Counted from the first letter of the stretch, positions 25,770 through 39,399 are shown. The stretch is DNA of 64,000 nucleotides from Tubiluchus corallicola (GCA_030141605.1 JAQGDQ010000586.1:71131-135130); one strand, 5' to 3'. Notes: a model not told the origin generated them from the sequence alone. Numbers and translations: made by a program.

Positions 25770-26202
25770 GTAAGTATGCCTTCCTGCATCTCTCTGTGTT
25801 TGTAATTTTTGCATGGACAAGTTGGCAAATAGAATTGTCTTGTCTTCCTTTAAGAACTATTGGCATCTTGCATTTTTATTCGGGTGTACTAATATCACCG
25901 GGAGGTTGCCGAAATGAAATTTTTGTTGTGGCTAGCCGATAATTGCACTTTCGGTTAGGTTTAGTTTCAGTGAAATTTATTAAATTTTGTAGCCAAATTT
26001 TTCGATAATTTTCTGTAGCATTTTTCTGAGGTTTTACTAGTATTTATCCAGTTTACCTTTTCGTTTCTCCTAGATGTCAAAAACCACTGAAAAATCTTAG
26101 CTAAATTAGTTCAAATAAAGCGAAAATATCGGCTATATAACAGTTTGTGACGTGCTTTTGCCGGCAATGCGGCGTATCTTCAGTGCTGATGACTGTGACA
26201 AC

Positions 26203-26535
26203 AGGATCTACAGGCCCAATCAAACGAAAAATCAAACCACATTTGAATTTACCTGGATCTGCAGGCCCAATCAAACCACATTTGAATTTACCTGGATCTG
26301 CAGGCCCAATCAAACAAAAAATCAAACCACATTTGAATTTACCTGGATCTGCAGGCCCAATCAAACGAAAAATCAAACCACATTTGAATTTACCTGGATC
26401 TGCAGGCCCAATCAAACCACATTTGAATTTACCTGGATCTGCAGGCCCAATCAAACAAAAAATCAAACCACATTTGAATTTACCTGGATCTGCAGGCCCA
26501 ATCAAACAAAAAAATCAAACCACATTTGAATTTAG
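26203..26535. repeat. Tandem repeat with alternating longer and shorter units (~39-51 bp)
   Basis: ggatctgcaggcccaatcaaac...cacatttgaatttacct repeated about 7 times. Confidence 0.9.
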
Positions 26536-26935
26536 TTAAGCAAAATCACATTTCATTTTATAATTCATGAAATAAAGTCAATATAATATCTACAAAATAA
26601 AATTTGTTTATTTAAAAATGAAGCATTATGATCTTTAAATGTGAATCATTAAGGAAACTTAAATCCAAAAACATTATAACACATTTTCTTCTAGGAAAGC
26701 AACTCCTTCAAGCTTGAGATTCTATACGATAAAACTTCCTTGTCCTTCTTGTATTCGAATTTTTTATCAATAATTTTGCATCACGGCAAAGAAAAGCAAA
26801 CAAACAAAACATTTTACTTATTTTAGAATTTTCACTTTTAATAGTAGTTGGTTCTGCAAAAATGTTTCGTTTCGGTTGCCTGTCGCTATCGGTTTCTTAT
26901 CGTACATGTTAATTCTACTGGTATATATTTATATA

Positions 26936-27454
26936 CTAGCAAAGGCCCCGCAAAAAAATTTGCATATAAATGCACGTATAATCAAAAATACGCAAACATC
27001 CTACCTAGTGTTTCTTTACTTCAGGGCGCCCTGCAACGGGCGTTTTCCCGGACCCAACTCGCGATTTTTCGAAATTTTGACCAAACAGCATGCGGAGAAA
27101 CCCTCTAGCCGCACCTGGTGGGACTCTCGGAAGGAGATATGTAGCTCTTTAGAAAGAGCAAGAACACGGCTACACGATGATGTTGGCTATATTTTTAGTA
27201 CACGTCCCACCAAGAGGAGTACTGACTAGTTAATTAGATGTTCTATTTTTGGCAATTTTCGCTTAGAAAACTGCTGACGCAAAGTCATTGTTCTGACATG
27301 ACTCCATCATACTCTGTCTATAACCTTATAGCTTTAATTCAGTAAAAGCTGCCTCTGCTGGCTTTGCGCTATAAATGAGGACTAGGTGGGATGTTTGCGT
27401 ATTTTTGATTATACGTGTATTTGTATGCAAAATTTTTTGCACGGCCTTTGCTAG
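26936..27454. mobile_element. Fold-back Helitron derivative with two outward-facing CTAG 3' ends
   Basis: ~80-bp imperfect inverted termini ending in CTAG; the body matches the 54148-54911 element. Confidence 0.65.
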
Positions 27455-27678
27455 TAGTTCATAAATTTTGGTTTGTGAATTCAGTTTTGGTAAAACATCC
27501 CTGACTAATACTCAATGGTGGCTTGGCAAGGTGAACTAGAGTCCTGTCAGAGAACGTGTGACTCTAGAAACGAATGAATGAATGAAATACTGCATTATGA
27601 AAGAGAGAAAGAAATCGCTATTTAATTTTGTCCTGTTTCACGTCAAAGTTGCCTTTAATTCTGCTTTATTTCTTGCAG

Positions 27679-27761
27679 TAAAAGAATCAGGATTAATTTT
27701 ATTGCAAACTGTACCGGAACACCTTGAGGTAGAAACCATGGAAAAGAAGCTTCTGGCAAAA
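27679..27761 (+). CDS. SLC30A1: ZnT1-like zinc exporter, coding exon 6
   Basis: ttgcag|TA; LKESGLILLQTVP...; donor GTAAGT at 27762; phases 1/0. Confidence 0.94.
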
Positions 27762-27766
27762 GTAAG

Positions 27767-27907
27767 TACCTTTTTTGCTCACTTATTAATTGTTACCTGT
27801 TTTGCTCACTTATTAATTCTTACCTGTTTTGCTCACTTATTAATTGTTACCTGTTTTGCTCACTTATTAATTGTTACCTGTTTTGTTCACTTATTAATTG
27901 TTACCTG
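27767..27907. repeat. 27-bp minisatellite, 5 copies, abutting the exon 6 donor
   Basis: tgctcacttattaattgttacctgttt units. Confidence 0.9.
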
Positions 27908-28824
27908 AAAGAAACGATTTAATAGCATAGATACAAAAGCCTTTTCTTCATGTTCCCAGGATTTGCAACATTTCTTATTAAGATCTACTGTTAAGCGGAA
28001 GCGTTATCTATGCGGAAATCTCTACCCTTCCTGCACGCATGTTTTGTCAAATATTTAGACACGCCAATCATTGAATTTGTGCCATTTAGACATCACGTTA
28101 ACTTTTACTTTGTGGTTCCAAGAACGTTTCCATATAAAACTTGCTATTTCTTTGGTAATTTTGGGGACCTTTTAGGTTCTTTACATGTAGCATCAGTTAG
28201 ATTCATAGTGTGATATTGCTGAAGGATTCTTACAGGGGCAAATAATAGCTATGTATGGAAAATTTCCTATACAAAACCTACAGAATAATTTCGTACAACG
28301 ATACGTAGCATCTAAACAGAATTTACAATCGGCAACCTGGTTTTTTACAGTCTTCCTTTGTGCATTATTTCCTGACCAATGCACTCGATGAAAAGCTAGC
28401 ATTTTTGGCAGAGTTATTCTGCTATGACTAAGACTTTTTGAAAAGATTTGTGCGAGACGCAAACTTATTATGCTCTTGCAAGTTCAACACAGTTATGTTG
28501 ATGGAAAAGAACATTCTTTGTTGATTTTTTTGACTTTAATTACTAACTGAGGTCAAAGTTTACACGTGAAAACCTTAGTTACAACATGCTGTCGAGGTCA
28601 ATACTAATTTATTTTGTGTTGCAACACATTTTTCCTAACTACGCACACCTGAATTATGTACCGATTGCAGACAGTGATCTTTGAGCATTTAGCTGCAATG
28701 GGGGAAATCAATTTTTATCGAAAATTACATCAAGTGACCTTTGACCTCTTCAGCAGTGACATCTTTGTCTTTTTTCACTCAATTAGCAAACATAAAGATA
28801 ATGAAATTAATATTGGCTGAAAAA

Positions 28825-28858
<34 letters not shown>

Positions 28859-29934
28859 GTGATAATTTACATGCGCTTGCAAACCAAAACCGTCCACAGT
28901 CGGCATAGTTAAAACTACGTTATGATGCTTCAAAGTAGAGCGTACCAATAATTTGGTCAAATTGGAATTTTTTGTTTTTTTTATGTAAACAAGTGCCAAA
29001 TATATTGGACTTTTACAAATCTCTAACGTCAAATTATCAAGAAAATGTCCAAAAAATACTGTTATAACCCTGTGCTCACTTTTCATTTTTAGAAACTGGT
29101 GCTGCAATTGCAAATAACTTGTATTTTTAAACTCCGATTGTAGCTCATGGAAACAGTCAATTTGCCTGGCGGTTTTTGTGTTGCCAAGCCCAGATCTTCG
29201 TCAGGAAGAGAATCTACTAGTTTTAAACATAACTTCAATGTGCTCTTGCCAAGTCCGTAGCAACCACACTTTCGTACGATTCCTAAGTGTTTTGTAGAAA
29301 TGCAGCAAAACACAATGGCTGACGTAAAAAAAATATTGGATTTATATTCTAGTACCAAATTGTCATGAAAATGTTCAAAAATATTAAAAATCTAATTTTA
29401 TAACTTCTTGCCCACTATCCTGTCTAGAAACTGGTACTGCAAAGTCTGCAATCGTAAAAAACTTTATAACGCCAACTGCAGCTCCTGGAAGCTGTCATTT
29501 TGCCTCGGGAGTTTTCCTGTTGCCAAGGCTACATCTTCATTAGGAAGAGCCATCTACTGGATTTAAACATAACTTCAATGTTTTCTTGCAAAGTCCGTAG
29601 CAAACAACATTTCTGTGGTTACTGAGTGTTTTGTAGAGACGCGACAAAAAACAATGGCTGACTTTAACAGTGATTTTCTCAAGGTTTCTCGGTGCGCTGC
29701 CTGCACTTCAACTTCAACGTGGATTATCTCAGCTTAGAAATAACATAGAGAGATGAATTTGGTATCAAAATGATCCACATGAAATAGAGATTCAGGATAT
29801 GTGAATAACATTTAACGATTATGGACGATTTTGTTGCGCAGGCACACAATTAGTAGCTCATAGGCTCTTCAACTTGCGTACCGAGTTTAGTCTTTAGTTA
29901 CCTGTTTTGACTATCTTTATGTCCATTTGCTAGC

Positions 29935-30315
29935 AGTCGAATTCGAACGATTTTTTTAATTCGAATTTGATTCAAACCTAAAATTATTGGATTCGAGTAA
30001 TTCACCACTTCAACTGTAAATGTTCTTTATCATTAAAACATTTGAAACGTCATGCAATCTGCACAATTTAGCTGCAAGTTCTGTGCAAATTTTTTTAACA
30101 AATTATTTGTGTTTTTAGTGCAGAACAAAATCCAGCAATATGCACAATCTTTCTGAGACCGTTTTTCATTAGTGATTTGAAAATTCATTCGAAAATCTTT
30201 TAGGCTGAATTCAAATTCGATTCTTATTTCAAAATCTTGAAATTTGGCTTGATTCGAGTTCAAAAGTCAGTAATTCGATTCGAATTCTCCTGCTGATAGG
30301 AAATGCTCACCGCTA
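29935..30315 (+). mobile_element. Degenerate hAT-like MITE family D copy
   Basis: TTCGAA arrays, ends atgctcaccgcta. Another partial copy at about 38095-38310. Confidence 0.65.
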
Positions 30316-30382
30316 CTATGTATATTCTTTAGCTTTGCGGCTCTTAATAAAATCTATTAATAGCAAAGTAAAGTCTTAGAAT

Positions 30383-30885
30383 CGGGGATGAGAATTTTCC
30401 GCGGATACGCGGAATTCCGAGTTTTTGGAAGAACAGTAGTGCCATTTTTGTAAATCGCGTGAATTCGTTGAGAAAATTTTTACGGACCCAGTACATTATT
30501 TCACAAACTGACCGCTAGTTGGCAGGCCGTCACTTTGTTTACATCACATACATCAGTGAAACCACGTGTATATCTCTATGTATAAAAGTATAGAATCAAT
30601 TGTGCGGAGTTATTTGAGTCAATTGCAGACAGTTTTTATATACTTTTGCATAGGAGCTGCCAGTGCTTAGGCGTTTTTGAGACAATTAGGTATCATGTAT
30701 CCTTGATAGTTGGGTATTTTAAATTATGCATGAAACAAGGTAATTGATATTTTAAGTCCACTTAGAGGCTCTCTATGGTCACAAAATTGCAATTTGTTCC
30801 CCTTGAACCCCCATGTGGGGCTTACGCGGCCCCCAAACCCCCAGCCTGTTTCAGAGTTTTTTGCAATTTGTCATTCTCATCCCTG
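30383..30885 (+). mobile_element. hAT-like MITE family F
   Basis: TIR C(G/A)GGGATGAGAAT/ATTCTCATCCCTG, TSD cttagaat/cttacaat; near-identical copy at 44070-44529. Confidence 0.85.
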
Positions 30886-30955
30886 CTTACAATACTAAAC
30901 TAATTATAAGTTTGATTTTGTTCGATAGTAAACCAGACCTGTTTGTTTTTCGTAG

Positions 30956-31141
30956 ATTTCGGGCGTTCTCGCCGTACACGAATTCCACGTGTGGCAGCTG
31001 GCTGGCAACCGTATCATAGCGTCGGCCCACATACGCTGCCGCACTCTAAAGGATTACATGAAGATTGCGGAACAGGTGAAAGATTTCTTTCACAACGAGG
31101 GCATACATTCCACCACAATTCAGCCGGAATTTGTGGAACCG
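30956..31141 (+). CDS. SLC30A1: ZnT1-like zinc exporter, coding exon 7 (cytosolic C-terminal domain)
   Basis: ISGVLAVHEFHVWQLAGNRIIASAHIRC...FHNEGIHSTTIQPEF; donor GTAAGT at 31142. Confidence 0.96.
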
Positions 31142-32672
31142 GTAAGTCGTTCGGGTTTTGCCGATGCCCTCATTCTCTACGTGCGCATTCTAGCCATTCC
31201 TAGATGTTGAACAACTACATTTCGTACGACTGCAGACAGTGCGATTATGCGCTTGCCTCGCTTTTTGAACTCGGCGCTAGACGGCAGCCAAAATGTTACT
31301 CCGTCACCATGGCAACGCCAACTGTTGCGCACATAAGCGCTGTGAGGCCAAAAAGCACTTAGTATTATCTACAGCAGCTTCTTCTAACAGGACAATGCAG
31401 TGCGCGCACACACACACACACACAGAGCAAGCTGAGCATTTCGGTAACCATGGTAACCCATTGTTTCAACTAGGCTGCCTCTTGCTACAGAGTAGTGAAA
31501 ACATTTGCAAAATTAGCATACGCTGCTAGGCTATTTCTTCAGCTCTTTAAAACTGCTGGCTGTTTTTCTTTCGTTTCTTCTGATAATTGCAACATTTCAG
31601 AAAAATCCGCCGTTACCCCATGAAAAATGCTCCATTTGCTGTACAAAATAGCACAAAACACTCGACAAATTTACTCGAAATGCACAAAAAACTCAAAACA
31701 GATCTTGGTATTGGAGACTGGCAACATTTGGAGCTTGTAATTGCACTATAAGAACAGTTTACAGGCAAAATTAATGGAAATTAACCAATTAACCGATTAA
31801 TGGTAATTTTCTGTAGCATTGTTCCCAGATTTTATTAGTGTTTATCCAGCTTTCCCATTTTTTTCTCGTAGATGTTAAAAATTGCTGAAAAGTTTTGGCT
31901 GAAATAGTTAAAGTAAACCACAAATATTGTTTCTTTAACTTTTTATACCATTTGTAGCATGCTTTTCACGGCAATATGGCATATCTTTACAGCTGACGAC
32001 TGTGAAGCTTTATAAAGTCTCCAGACACAACAATTTTATTCTAAAATTCATCTAACATGCTCTGTCACTGTAACGGCTGCTTCGTAGAATCCAGTTAATC
32101 GTTGGTTCTTCAAACTTTTCACATTCTATGTTCAAAAATTTCCCTCTTATTTGAACATATTCCTCTAAAGTTTCGCTCGATATGTTTATAGTCGGCAAAT
32201 TCTCTCCTGTCAGTTCAGATGTGTTAGTTTGTGACGAACTACACATGTTCGACCACTCACGCATGAGCACAGCTATAAATTTGAATTTTTACCTTAAAAC
32301 TTGCCCAATTTTTGGTACAACACACTTAATATCTTGCAATAGCACTGTACTTCAATTTTCGCTTTCACAAACACGTGCAACACGCTCGTGGAATATTTCT
32401 GCTGTTGGAAATTATGTTAGTTTGTGATGTTATCAATATAATTAATGCTCGCCCGACATTATTCAAGTTTTTGATCTATTATTTAATCATCTGAAACGCT
32501 TTTACAGCATTAATTCTTTTATCCGACTTGAAAATGGAGGAATAATATATGAAAAATCATCCTCTTTTCTTTTAACAGCATTCCTTGACTCACGCACGCA
32601 ATTCAATTCCGCAGTAGGTTAACTTGTCGCGTGTGTTGAATATTGTAGCAGTAAAGAGGACCTGTTAAATTA

Positions 32673-32974
32673 TGTTGATGAATGCTGGCATGAAGTTAAG
32701 GTGTGGTGTCATGTGATCAAGTGATTCAGAACCGAAGCATAGGCGTTGAGGCATCGAAGCTCGGCGCACGAGATATAAGCCTTGTGATGTGCCCAGCTCA
32801 GGGGATTGAGTCTGGGAGCCGAAGGAGAGCAGGCTAGATCAGGGGGCTTGGCATTACTATCTGTTACATTTATTGTGTTTGATGTTCAATAAACGTGTAG
32901 TTTTATAATCTGACTCTTCATAGTTTTGCCATCCCTAAAACACCAATAATCAGCGTCACACAACCAATACAACG
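32673..32974 (+). mobile_element. Possible solo LTR
   Basis: TGTTG...CAAC(G) termini, internal TATAAG and AATAAA, flanks aatta/aattt. Confidence 0.4.
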
Positions 32975-33058
32975 AATTTTTTTACTGTAGCCACTACGTA
33001 CTATAGGTAAAGTCGTATCTCAAGCGAGGAATTTAGATCTCTCCTTTTGTTTCTTTAG

Positions 33059-33313
33059 TTATCGGAGAAAGCTAGCATGTCCGACATCACCGACTGCGTA
33101 CTGGAATGCGAGGGAGGACGTAATCTCGACTGTTTGCCCCACACCTGTTGCGGGCCGCCGAAAGTCTCCAGCAAAGATAGCCCGGGCGGCGTCAGATTTC
33201 GATTAGGCAACGGCGGATCCGTTAGTTCTCTCACGCACGTCGTGTCCAGTTCGCCTGGCGGGCCGGATGATTCCGGGGACAAAGTCAGCGCGGCGGATCC
33301 GACGATGGTATAG
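33059..33313 (+). CDS. SLC30A1: ZnT1-like zinc exporter, coding exon 8 (Cys-rich tail, stop)
   Basis: ctttag|TTA; C-x3-C...C-x3-CC tail typical of the ZnT1/10 clade; ends DPTMV-TAG. The total spliced CDS is 1356 nt. Confidence 0.9.
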   Translation, partial: LSEKASMSDITDCVLECEGGRNLDCLPHTCCGPPKVSSKDSPGGVRFRLGNGGSVSSLTHVVSSSPGGPDDSGDKVSAADPTMV

Positions 33314-34103
33314 CGTTAAAACTTGTGATATGTGTAACGTTTAGCTTTGTCGTTGCTGTTGCCGTTTGTGGACGCGTAGATGTACTTGCCAGGCTTGTTG
33401 TTGCTAAAGTGCTATGTGCCAGTCTAAATCATGACAGGAAAGCAAGTCGTGCACTAGCGTAGCCTGTAGAGTAGCGACATAGTCAAAATCCACTACCTAT
33501 TGTTATGAGGTTGTGTGGCGGCCATCTTGAATTCTTGATTGGCATCACACACGTGGTGTTGTAACTGGCAAATTGAAGGGGCCGTTGTCATGAGGCTCTT
33601 TTTTATCAGTAACTGATGAGCTTCTGGCTTTCCTCTTGCAAAATTCTGGTATTGTTAAGCATAGAAACTGAGCATCGCCCCACTTATGTACAACGTTCTT
33701 TGGAAGTTTCTTAAGTTTTGTATAGCCTCCGCTGTTTTTTGTAATGATGTTGTTTGATCTCCCCAAAACGCACATTCAATTAGCAGCTTACCATAAACTT
33801 GTTTTTAATTTTTTGCATTGCTTTAAACGGTTTGATTAATTTTGGAAAATTTTTTGTGGTTTTTTTTTTTTGCTTTTTTCTTTTCCAATTACTCAGTGAT
33901 TTTTGTTTTGTTTCTGTGTTTCGTAAGAATTGTGTTCACGTTCTTATCAGTGAGTTTTATTACTCGTCATCCCCTCCTCCCACGTCCAGAGAAATTCCGC
34001 TAAATTTGCGCGGGTCCTGCCTCCCAAAAGTTTCCTTTTAGTCAGATTTTGCCATGAGGTGAAATTGAAATGACTCGTGTCAAAAACGAGAACCCGTTTA
34101 AAT

Positions 34104-34603
34104 CAGGGGTGTGCAAATTGCGGCCCTCGGGCCACTTGCGACACACCGAGAGAATTTGTGCGGCCCGCGAAGAGATTTGTCAACCTAATGAAAGTGCGGC
34201 CCAGGCGATTAATTGAGTGTATCCAGCTGAAATCCGTGCCACGATCCCAAAGATAGTGCGGGTAGTTTTTTCTGCTAGATCGGATGCCATTAACCCTTAC
34301 AAGATGGTTGTAGCTTAATGTCACTGTACTACACAGACTGTGTGATACATATTACTAATATGCATTGTATTGAAATTACCACTATCTGTCCTGAAAGTAG
34401 AAATATATGGTTTGTAATATAAATTTTAATAACTTCTAAAATAGTTTCTTGAGTGTAGTAGTAATGATGTACGCAGGTCGAATGCAAAAAAATCGTTATT
34501 AGGCCTTTCTGTACTTGGCTCCTTGATCAAACTGCCTGTGGCCCGCAGGAATTGCGGAAAAGTTTAATGTGGCCCGGCTAGTCAGGTAATTTGCGCACCC
34601 CTG
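34104..34603 (+). mobile_element. hAT MITE family E, copy 2
   Basis: CAGGGGTGTGCAAA...TTTGCGCACCCCTG with a perfect 8-bp TSD gtttaaat. Confidence 0.92.
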
Positions 34604-35344
34604 GTTTAAATAGTGACATGTCTTGAGCTGAAACCAAATCAAAAACAAGAGGCCGCATGTTCGGTGGGGCCGCACACCCCATCCATACCGCACGCTCGGT
34701 GAACGTTGATTTCCGCCGCACACCCCATCCATACCGCACGCTCGGTGAACGTTGATTTCCGCCGCACACCCCATCCATACCGCACGCTCAGTGAACGTTT
34801 TACAGAAATCAGTTGTCAGTATCTCAGTTGAAAACGCCTCGGCTAGTCCTTATTTCTGTTATCTAAAAATCTTAATTTTATTACAGTTTTACTTAATTGT
34901 GGTGGTAAAAATGGTAGTTGGAAATTTTCACTTCATAAGTTCTCTTTTCGCCTATAGGTGGCGCCATCGTGTTTTGCAATTTACGGACACCCGCACACAC
35001 ATATAGCTGGGTGAAGAATGCTTAAGGTGTGTGTTCATGTCCAAAGTTGAGCAGTGTTGGGTCTAACTAATAAACGGATGGGTAACTAAAACGAAAATTA
35101 GTACCACCCATACCATTGATTATTTACCTTGTTGTGGAAAGACATATATACATATATATATATATATATATATTTATGACTGTATTTTGAATAACGTACA
35201 GCCACCTCCTCCTATGTTAGACAAGTGATGACTCTTAAATTTAAATTCCTTTAAATTTGGATGCATTCCACTGTACACCTTGCCAAACATAAATGGTACG
35301 ATGGTTTTTAAGTTCGGAGAGTTTTTCCTGGGTTTGGTTGTACT

Positions 35345-36445
35345 GAAAGTCCTCGCTTAACGATGCCTCCGTTAACAATGTTTCCATAAATGACCCATTT
35401 TGCTAGAACGTGTTAGCGCCTCGCTTAACGATGCCTCCGTTAACAACGTTTCCATAAATGACCCATTTTGCTAGAACGTGTTAGCGCCTCGCTTAACGAT
35501 GCCTCCGTTAACAACGTTTCCATAAATGACCCATTTTGCTAGAACGTGTTAGCGCCTCGCTTAACGATGCCGCCTTTAACAATGTTTCCATAAATGACCC
35601 ATTTTGCTAGAACGTGTTAGCGCCTCGCTTAACGATGCCTCCTTTAACAACGTTTCCATAAATGACCCATTTTGCTAGAACGTGTTAGCGCCTCGCTTAA
35701 CGACGCCTCCTTTAACAATGTTTCCATAAATGACCCATTTTGCTAGAACGTGTTAGCGCCTCGCTTAACGATGCCTCCTTTAACAACGTTTCCATAAATG
35801 ACCCATTTTGCTAAAACGTGTTAGCACCTCGCTTAACGACGCCTCCTTTAACAATGTTTCCATAAATGACCCATTTTGCTAAAACGTGTTAGCGCCTCGC
35901 TTAACGACGCCTCCTTTAACAATGTTTCCATAAATGACCCATTTTGCTAGAACGTGTTAGCGCCTCGCTTAACGATGCCTCCTTTAACAATGTTTCCATA
36001 AATGACCCATTTTGCTAGAATGCGTTAGCGCCTCGCTTAACGAAGCATCGTTCAACAACGTTTCCATAAATGACCCATTTTGCTAGAACGTGTTAGCGCC
36101 TCGCTTAACGATGCCTCCTTTAACAATGTTTCCATAAATGACCCATTTTGCTAGAACGTGTTAGCGCCTCGCTTAACGACGCCTCCTTTAACAACGTTTC
36201 CATTAATGACCCATTTTGCTAGAACGTGTTAGCGCCTCTCTTAACGACGCCTCCTTTAACAATGTTTCCATAAATGACCCATTTTGCTAGAACGTGTTAG
36301 CGCCTCGCTTAACGACGCCTCCTTTAACAATGTTTCCATAAATGACCCATTTTGCTAGAACACATTATCGCCTCGCATAACGATGCATCGTTCAACAACG
36401 TTTCCATTTTGCCGGAACGCGTTAGCATCGTTAAGCATGGACTTA
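35345..36445. repeat. 68-bp satellite, ~15.5 copies, bounded by inverted repeats
   Basis: Unit cgcctcgcttaacgatgcctccgttaacaacgtttccataaatgacccattttgctagaacgtgttag; ends agtcctcgcttaacgatg / catcgttaagcatggact. Confidence 0.93.
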
Positions 36446-39399
36446 TGACACATTGCAAAAGTAAGCATAAATTAGGCGTGTATTCCAAGTCTGTAGGTGT
36501 GTAATCTTACTGTAATTTATAACAGTATTTATACAATACCGTAGTATTGTTTTTTTTATGTATTTTATAACTTCTGTATTATACTGTATTTGTTTCAATC
36601 ATATTGCACCTTAGTGTTAGACTAAAATATGCTATAATTGTGATAAAATCGATACTTTGCTTAACCTCAGTATTGTATTTAATTTTGTCATCGAAGACGA
36701 TTAATACCATACAGTAGTTTCGACTTCCGTACAATCCGTTCAACTTGGTTTTCTCGGTGAGACCAAACTGAACGTCGCTGTACCGGTAGTTTCATCAAAC
36801 GAGCGTAATTACTGACCGTCGGTCAGCACTCTGCTTTTGTAGTATATTTTGTTAATAAACACATTACTGTTTTTGTTTATAAGACTTGCTTTCATGATTT
36901 CGCTGTCCGGTTTTGGTGGTGGGCGGGGAGAGTTTTCGTGGGCGTGTGTGCGCCATCGTTTCTGTGTAGAGATCATCGATCGTTTGCTGTTCCAGGTAAG
37001 TCACGGACCGTACTGATATGCGTTAATTACGATCAAACCTCCTTATACCGCCTGCTTTGGGACTGAAAAAAATGAAGGGAGATAGGCATCATAACGAGGT
37101 GCATTAATGCACACGTGCCTATGCAAATATAGACGCTTTATTTTTCTAAAAACATGGGTGCTAAGCAAGGTTGGCATTAAAAAATGAGGCGTTAAAACGA
37201 GGTTTGACCGTGTGTATGTCCATTTTAGCATGTGTATCTATTTCACCATCAGTAGCATTATCTCATCCTATCAGTAGCATTTCTGATGTCTGTGAATTTC
37301 TGTTTTAATAAACGAAATGTATGTTTGCGTTTCGCTCAAAGGATAGAATGCCTGCGAAAAGTTGTTTTCGGATAATAAAACAGGTTTATTTTTCGATTGT
37401 TATATGCAAAAATATTCTAGTTATGAAATAAGTATTGATTCAGTGAGATTCGTTTTACATTTTTAGAAGTTCAGTGCATTTCCAGGTATCTATAGATTGT
37501 GTATTCATGACCAAAATGTCTCTTCGATCAATTTGTTTCTGATAAATGTAATTAGCGTATCTAAATTTATTTACAAAACTGTTCCGTGTGTTGGTATAAC
37601 GTGTCTCACTTTCACTTGCAGCATAACGGATATCGACTTTTTGGGAGGCAGAGGGTGGACAGCAGCACGCTATTCATCGTCACTGAGTGGATGTAATAGT
37701 TGTGATATTTTGGGAGATAGAAGCTCACCAATGCTCCACATTCGTAATCAGTAATGGCCAGTAGTAACTGTGAGGTAGTTGTAGATCCTCAAATGATACA
37801 GCATTTATAATCATTGATTGGTTGGGACGGTTGCACGTGATTGGCTAGGATACTTGTCTGGTTGCTCGTGATTGGCTAGGATAGTTGTGTGTTTGCGTGT
37901 TATTGGCTAATGCGTTCCAGCAAAACGAAGCCAAGACTTCCATAGGAAGTAAAGTAGTTTATGAATTTCTTTCTACTTGCCTGAAGCCACCTGCATATCT
38001 TGCTTACCTAGCTAGCAGTTTCTCTTTCATTAACATTTAAGTGTAAGCAGCGATTAAACAATAAACACTTTTGTTTAGAAACATTTTCCAATCATCTCGT
38101 AAAGAATTGCAGTTGTTCTGCAGTAAATGCTAATGTTTGTCTAAAAATTGTGCACAGAAATCACAGCTAAATTATGCTGTTTCAAACCTTTTAATGGCAA
38201 AGTATTTGAAGCGTTGAATTATTCGAATCTATAATTTTTGGTTTGAATTGAATTCAAATTAAAAAAAGCTCGTTCGAATCGAAAACTCGAACGTTCGATG
38301 CTCACCCTTAATAATAAGCAGATAGTTCACCCTTAATAATAAGCAGATAATTGAGTATAGAACTGTAGCGCTGTTACATTTGGATATGTAGAAGAGCGGA
38401 GTTCTGCTGTTTAGTAAACTAGGTTGTTTTCCAAGTGTCAAGCTTGGCTTTTTGCAATGCGAAAAACGGTCAAAAAAGCGCGTTTTTTGGAGGTTTTTTG
38501 CCCCCCTCCATTCCTCCCAGTGGACCCGATTTGAAAAATAAACCCCCAGGTGCGAACCTATGGGTGAAGACCTTTCGTTTGACCATGTAGATCGTCGAAA
38601 ATGGTGCCGTCGTCGGAGGTGTAGCCTCGTTGGTTACATATGCATATACCACCGGAATTAATATATACGATTGTCTAATGGGAAAATGTAGTCTATATAT
38701 ACAGGGTAATCTTGGCCAGTTTGAATAAAATTTGTTTTAATTAACATGGACCGTTTGTTACGATTTGACGCAAACGTGTAAATCTGTGCAAGCTTTTGAA
38801 TGTTAAATTTTATTTTTAGTACTTTTGTGTGTATATTACTTGTACAGTACGATCGTGATTTATAAACACAATGCCACTGTGTGCTATAATCATGTGGTTT
38901 TTGAGTTTTTCTCGAGTTCAGGGCTTGTGTGTAGGCTAAAGTGGCCAAAATGGCACGAGTTTCTGTTCTTTGCCTCGCAATGGAGACTAAAATTCTCCGT
39001 TACGCAAGTACAATTCTGAAATGAAAACTTTACATAAAATTAATCCAACACATCTGTACCACAACCATATGAGTACAGACTAGTTTAGCTTTCATGCGAG
39101 AATTATGAATACGAAGACAATGTACAGCATCCTATATCGTACAAAAAAATTAACCGTTTATTTCATAACATCCTTCATTATGTACATAATAATAACCAAT
39201 ACTTTTTGCCATATTATTTCATCGTAAACAATTTATATTAGAAACTATTTGTATTTATACATGTTATGAATATTGCACAAATCGATCGTACGCAACCCTG
39301 CGTACAAACTAACACTGATGAAAAAACTTAATCACATTCGAAGCGCAACTAAAACCAGAACTAAAACTTGGAAACAATCAAATAAAAGAAGCGATAACA

